From a virus (taxonomy: Duplodnaviria > Heunggongvirae > Uroviricota > Caudoviricetes): a stretch of DNA of 9,840 nt. A program made the translations under genes and the position numbers. How positions within the stretch are numbered: the stretch's first letter is position 1; the number at the start of each line of letters is the position of its first letter. Positions 6,694 to 9,840 of the stretch are shown here, one piece after another. Below the pieces are notes generated by a model, which saw only the letters and a list, made by a program, of their open reading frames with translations, searched no databases and was not told the origin of the DNA. The stretch lies in the IMG/VR virus record IMGVR_UViG_2693429623_000020; one strand, 5' to 3'.

Positions 6694-6900
6694 GTGAGTT
6701 GTATTAATGACCTGAACACGGGCGATATCAGGGGTGGTTCCGTTCATCTGGATGCGCAGACCGTTATGCGCCTTAAGCAGTACAGGATCGACCATATAAA
6801 TCATCATCCTGACAAACCATTACCAGGTGTGGCGCAGATTGTCAGACATGCCGTAAACACCTGGCTTAATCAGAATGGTTTTGCATCGGTGGGGGAATAA
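6694..6900 (+). CDS. Small RHH-like putative DNA-binding protein (68 aa), first gene of the capsid operon
   Basis: GTG start with AGAGGAAG RBS. SVHLDAQTVMRLKQY...VAQIVRHAVNTWLNQ fits a strand-helix-helix pattern. Its stop overlaps the start of the capsid gene (TAATG). Confidence 0.5.
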   Translation: MSCINDLNTGDIRGGSVHLDAQTVMRLKQYRIDHINHHPDKPLPGVAQIVRHAVNTWLNQNGFASVGE

Positions 6901-8813
6901 TGAATCGCTGGTACACCATTAAGGCGGCGGATGTTCGTGGAGCGGCGGATATATCTATCTATGAGGAGATTGGCGGCTTCGGTGTTACTGCAAAGCAGTT
7001 CGCGGAAGACCTGAAAGCCCTTGGCGATGTTTCACATATCAATCTGAGGATCCATTCACCAGGTGGTGATGTGTTTGAAGGCATCGCCATCTATAACCTG
7101 CTACGGAATCATCCGGCAGACATTACGGTTTATATCGATGGTGTTGCGGCTTCAATGGCTTCGGTGGTCGCAATGGCTGGCGATCGTGTAGTGATGCCGG
7201 AGAACGCCATGATGATGATCCATAAACCGTGGGGGATCTCTGGCGGAAATGCTGGCGATATGCGTGATTATGCTGATTTGCTGGATAAGGTGGAAACCGT
7301 GTTAATCCCTGCTTATGCCAGAAAAACGGGCAAATCAGCACAGGAAATTACCGCCATGCTGGAGGATGAAACCTGGATGGATGGGAAAGAATGCCTTAAG
7401 CACGGTTTTGCTGATGAATTGTTGCCATCCGTCAGAGCAATGGCGCGAATTGAATCGAAACGCACAGGAGATTTTTTACATATGCCGGAAACCATTAAAG
7501 GAATGATTACACCGCCACAGGGAGCGGCAAATATTGCTGGTAATGAACAGAAGCGCATCAATGGAATAAGTGAAGTGTTTAGCCTGTTCGGCAGTCGTTA
7601 CGACGGGATCAAAATGGCGTGTCTGGAAGATGCATCATGTACACCGGAAATGGCCCGTGAAAAGCTGTTGAACGAGCTGGGGCGCGAGTCCACGCCATCC
7701 AATAAAAATACCCCGCCTCATATCTATGCTGGAAACGGAAACATAACAGGTGATGCAATTCGTCAGGGGCTTTATTCCCGTCTTGGGTATGAACGGCCTG
7801 AACGAGGCAACCCTTACGCGATGATGAGTCTTTTTGAAATGGCCCAGGCATCACTGGTTGATCGTGGTATCACTGTGAGCGGTTTTATTAATCGCTCGCA
7901 GGTTGTTAATGCGGCTTTTACACACAGCAGCAGTGATTTTTCTCATATTCTGGCTGGTGGGGCTGAAAAATCTGTACTGAAAGGCTGGCAGGACAGCGGC
8001 GAAACGTTCCAGAAATGGACGCGTACCGGTTCGCTTTCAAACTTTCATGAAGCAAAGCGCGTTGGTCTGAATGGTTTTTCAAAGCTGGATAAAGTACCGG
8101 AAGGTGCGGAATATAAATACATCACCACCAGCGATAAAGGTGTACCTATTGCGCTGGCCACGTACGGGAATATATTTTCCGTTACCCGTCAGGCCATTAT
8201 CAACGATGACCTGACCCAGTTAACTACAATCCCCATGGCGATGGGACGCGCAGCTGCCAGAACAGTTGGCAATCTGGTTTATCTCCTGTTAACCAGCAAC
8301 GGCAAGTTTACGGATGGTAAAGCGTTATTCCATGCCGATCATAAAAATCTTATTGCGAAGGATATGGACATGGAGGGGCTTAACGAAGCCCGTAAGCTGA
8401 TGCGCCTCCAGGAAGACGCTAACGGCGATTCGCTGAATATTACCCCTGCATTTGTCCTGGTCCCCGCCGCGCTGGAGTCTGCCGCACATCGCGCCATTCT
8501 GTCATCGTCATCACTCTTTCCGGTTGATGGCGTGGGCACTATCAATCAGAACCCCGGCATCATTAACGTGGTGAAAGATATGGCGGAGGTAATCGTTGAG
8601 CCACGTCTTGATAAAGCCAATAACAAGGAGTGGTATGTGGCAGCGGCGAAGGGTATGGACACGATAGAGGTCGCTTATCTTGATGGTATTGATACGCCAT
8701 ATCTTGAGGAGCAGGAGGGCTTTACTGTTGATGGCGTCGCCTGGAAGGTGCGCATAGATGCAGGTGTAGCGGCCCTCGACTATCGCGGATTACTGAAATC
8801 GAGTGGAGCATGA
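6900..8813 (+). CDS. ClpP-like (S14) prohead protease fused to an HK97-fold major capsid protein (637 aa)
   Basis: N-terminal about 190 aa contain DGVAASMASVVAMAG and MMIHKPWGISGG, matching the ClpP active-site Ser and His motifs (GQAASMGAF / MIHQPLGG). The C-terminal 350 aa (..TIEVAYLDG..FTVDGVAWKVRIDAGVAALDYRG) resemble HK97-like major capsid proteins. GGGGGAA RBS. Confidence 0.85.
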   Translation: MNRWYTIKAADVRGAADISIYEEIGGFGVTAKQFAEDLKALGDVSHINLRIHSPGGDVFEGIAIYNLLRNHPADITVYIDGVAASMASVVAMAGDRVVMPENAMMMIHKPWGISGGNAGDMRDYADLLDKVETVLIPAYARKTGKSAQEITAMLEDETWMDGKECLKHGFADELLPSVRAMARIESKRTGDFLHMPETIKGMITPPQGAANIAGNEQKRINGISEVFSLFGSRYDGIKMACLEDASCTPEMAREKLLNELGRESTPSNKNTPPHIYAGNGNITGDAIRQGLYSRLGYERPERGNPYAMMSLFEMAQASLVDRGITVSGFINRSQVVNAAFTHSSSDFSHILAGGAEKSVLKGWQDSGETFQKWTRTGSLSNFHEAKRVGLNGFSKLDKVPEGAEYKYITTSDKGVPIALATYGNIFSVTRQAIINDDLTQLTTIPMAMGRAAARTVGNLVYLLLTSNGKFTDGKALFHADHKNLIAKDMDMEGLNEARKLMRLQEDANGDSLNITPAFVLVPAALESAAHRAILSSSSLFPVDGVGTINQNPGIINVVKDMAEVIVEPRLDKANNKEWYVAAAKGMDTIEVAYLDGIDTPYLEEQEGFTVDGVAWKVRIDAGVAALDYRGLLKSSGA

Positions 8814-8820
8814 CAACAAG

Positions 8821-8843
8821 GGCGGCGATAGCCGCCTTTTTTT
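8821..8843 (+). terminator. Rho-independent terminator after the capsid gene
   Basis: Hairpin GGCGGC-GATA-GCCGCC followed by TTTTTTT. Confidence 0.7.
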
Positions 8844-8845
8844 AC

Positions 8846-8917
8846 GGGTCCTCCCGGTGGGGTGGTCTGCCACGGGGCGGGAGCGGCGCGGAAAAAGGCT
8901 AGTTTTTGCATTTTCAT
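8846..8917 (+). other. cos-like element, copy B (lambda cosQ-cosN-like), about 150 bp upstream of the Nu1-like terminase gene
   Basis: TTTACGGGTCCTCCCGGTG...CCACG GGGCGGGAGCGG CGCGG...TTTTCAT. Same arrangement as lambda, where cos precedes Nu1. Putative 12-nt cohesive end at 8875-8886. Confidence 0.6.
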
Positions 8918-9070
8918 TCGTCATCATCATCTTCATATTGTATTGAATTTTAAGTATTTTTATTTTTGGTATGTTAATTTTGCTTGTTTTATGCTCAACA
9001 TATAGCGCATTTTTTGACCTCTTCTGAAAGTTGTTCGCAAGATGCATGTTTAAAACATTCTGGAGCGGGT

Positions 9071-9556
9071 ATGGATCGAGAACTGAAAAATCTGATGCTG
9101 AACATTAATCAACTGGCGGCGATAGCGGGAATATGTCGTCAGACTGCGGCGGCAAGGCTGAAAAACATCCAGCCAGCCGGAGGGCATGACAAGCTGAAAC
9201 TCTATCGGGTGACTGACATTCTGACCTGTTTTCTTGATCTTCCCGTTCCGGCATCACTGGAAGAAATGGAGCCACATGACCGTAAGGCCTGGTATCAGTC
9301 CGAACGTGAACGCCTCAAGTTCGAACAGGAAACGGCGCAACTCATACCCGCCGATGATGTGCGAAAAGAGATGGCTATATGGGGAGAAATCGTAAGCGAG
9401 GAACTGGCAAAACTCCCCAATATTCTGGCACGTGATGCCGGGCTTAAACCGATGGCAGTAAACAGAGTGCAGTCAATTATTGACGATTTGTGTAATCAGA
9501 TTATCAGCCGGATGGTAAAAAATGACGTAGTGAATGAGGTCGCAAAACAGGCATGA
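9071..9556 (+). CDS. Terminase small subunit-like protein (lambda Nu1-like N-terminal winged HTH), 161 aa
   Basis: Start at the internal ATG 9071 (GGAG 5 nt upstream). LNINQLAAIAGICRQTAAARLKNIQPAGGHDKLKLYRVTDILTCF parallels Nu1 VNKKQLADIFGASIRTIQNWQEQGMPVLRGGGKGNEVLYDSAAVIKWY, and it sits just downstream of a cos-like site. It could instead be a packaging-redirection factor (Rpp-like). Confidence 0.6.
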   Translation: MDRELKNLMLNINQLAAIAGICRQTAAARLKNIQPAGGHDKLKLYRVTDILTCFLDLPVPASLEEMEPHDRKAWYQSERERLKFEQETAQLIPADDVRKEMAIWGEIVSEELAKLPNILARDAGLKPMAVNRVQSIIDDLCNQIISRMVKNDVVNEVAKQA

Positions 9557-9840
9557 TAATGACCGAATCTGAAATACTGCGATTAATCCGCTGTGCTGGT
9601 GGAATTAGCCAGTTGGCTGACGAACAGGCCGCGCAGCCAGATACAGTCACCGCTGAAAATTACGCGCGTGTGGTGGCTGAGGTGATGCGCCGTGACGGTA
9701 TTGAGCTTAACGGCGTGGATATGCGCAACATACGAACCAGAGTCCTTGAGTTGCTGGCATACCGTCACCGTTCTCAACAACGGAGGGAGAGCGCGAAAAA
9801 TACTTATCAGTGGAAGAAGCCGGAATGGTTGCGGCGGTAA
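9553..9840 (+). CDS. Hypothetical protein (95 aa), translationally coupled to the terminase-like gene
   Basis: ATGA overlap at 9553-9556; stop at the last base of the window. No recognisable motif. Occupies the position where a large terminase would follow Nu1 in lambda. Confidence 0.5.
   Translation: MIMTESEILRLIRCAGGISQLADEQAAQPDTVTAENYARVVAEVMRRDGIELNGVDMRNIRTRVLELLAYRHRSQQRRESAKNTYQWKKPEWLRR

Larger units (their letters stand above)
1..9840 (+). mobile_element. Partial integrated phage satellite / PICI-like island (integrase end through packaging genes); the window is entirely inside the element
   Basis: Gene order int - alpA - regulators - alpha-like replicase - iteron ori - SSB - capsid/protease - cos - small terminase, nearly all co-directional; matches the layout of Gram-negative phage satellites. 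Island boundaries and att sites are not in the window. Confidence 0.7.

Noticed and set aside
7123-8545. Antisense and alternate-frame ORFs inside the protease-capsid gene (7123-7341, 7313-7561, 7315-7506, 7609-7854, 8339-8545)
   Set aside because: Embedded in a gene with clear ClpP and capsid motifs; no support for overlapping genes.
8820-8828. GGGCGGCGA, identical to the first 9 nt of the lambda cohesive end
   Set aside because: It forms the stem of the capsid-gene terminator and lies upstream of the cosQ-like segment, the wrong position for cosN. Copy A has a different terminator stem there. Judged coincidental.
8790-9047. Minus-strand ORF over cos-like copy B and the terminase leader
   Set aside because: Runs through the terminator, the cos-like element and AT-rich leader; Lys/Ile-rich translation typical of AT-rich noise.
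9583-9780. Minus-strand ORF inside the 95-aa gene
   Set aside because: Antisense to a translationally coupled + strand gene; no RBS.

Overview
The window reads as the integrase-proximal 9.8 kb of an integrated phage-satellite-like island (P4/PICI-type), transcribed almost entirely on the + strand. In order it carries: a P4-type tyrosine integrase, an AlpA-family regulator, a divergent minus-strand operon (ribbon-helix-helix regulator plus a small basic ORF) with TGTAAG operator half-sites, an Icd-like small protein and two unknown small proteins translationally coupled to a P4-alpha-like replication protein (P-loop/SF3 helicase type), a replication origin of CTGTTCACC iterons directly after that gene, and an SSB-like protein. 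The second half is a packaging section: a ClpP-like protease fused to an HK97-fold major capsid protein, then a lambda-Nu1-like small terminase. The most unusual feature is a 72-bp element present twice (6310-6381 and 8846-8917, 66/72 identical) that closely resembles the lambda cosQ-cosN junction as I recall it; the two copies bracket the capsid module. Together this suggests a satellite combining P4-type replication with lambda-type cos packaging and its own capsid protein, but whether it is undescribed cannot be decided from sequence alone. No rRNA, tRNA or CRISPR array was seen. All homology statements come from reading the translations and from memory of the protein families; no database search was run.
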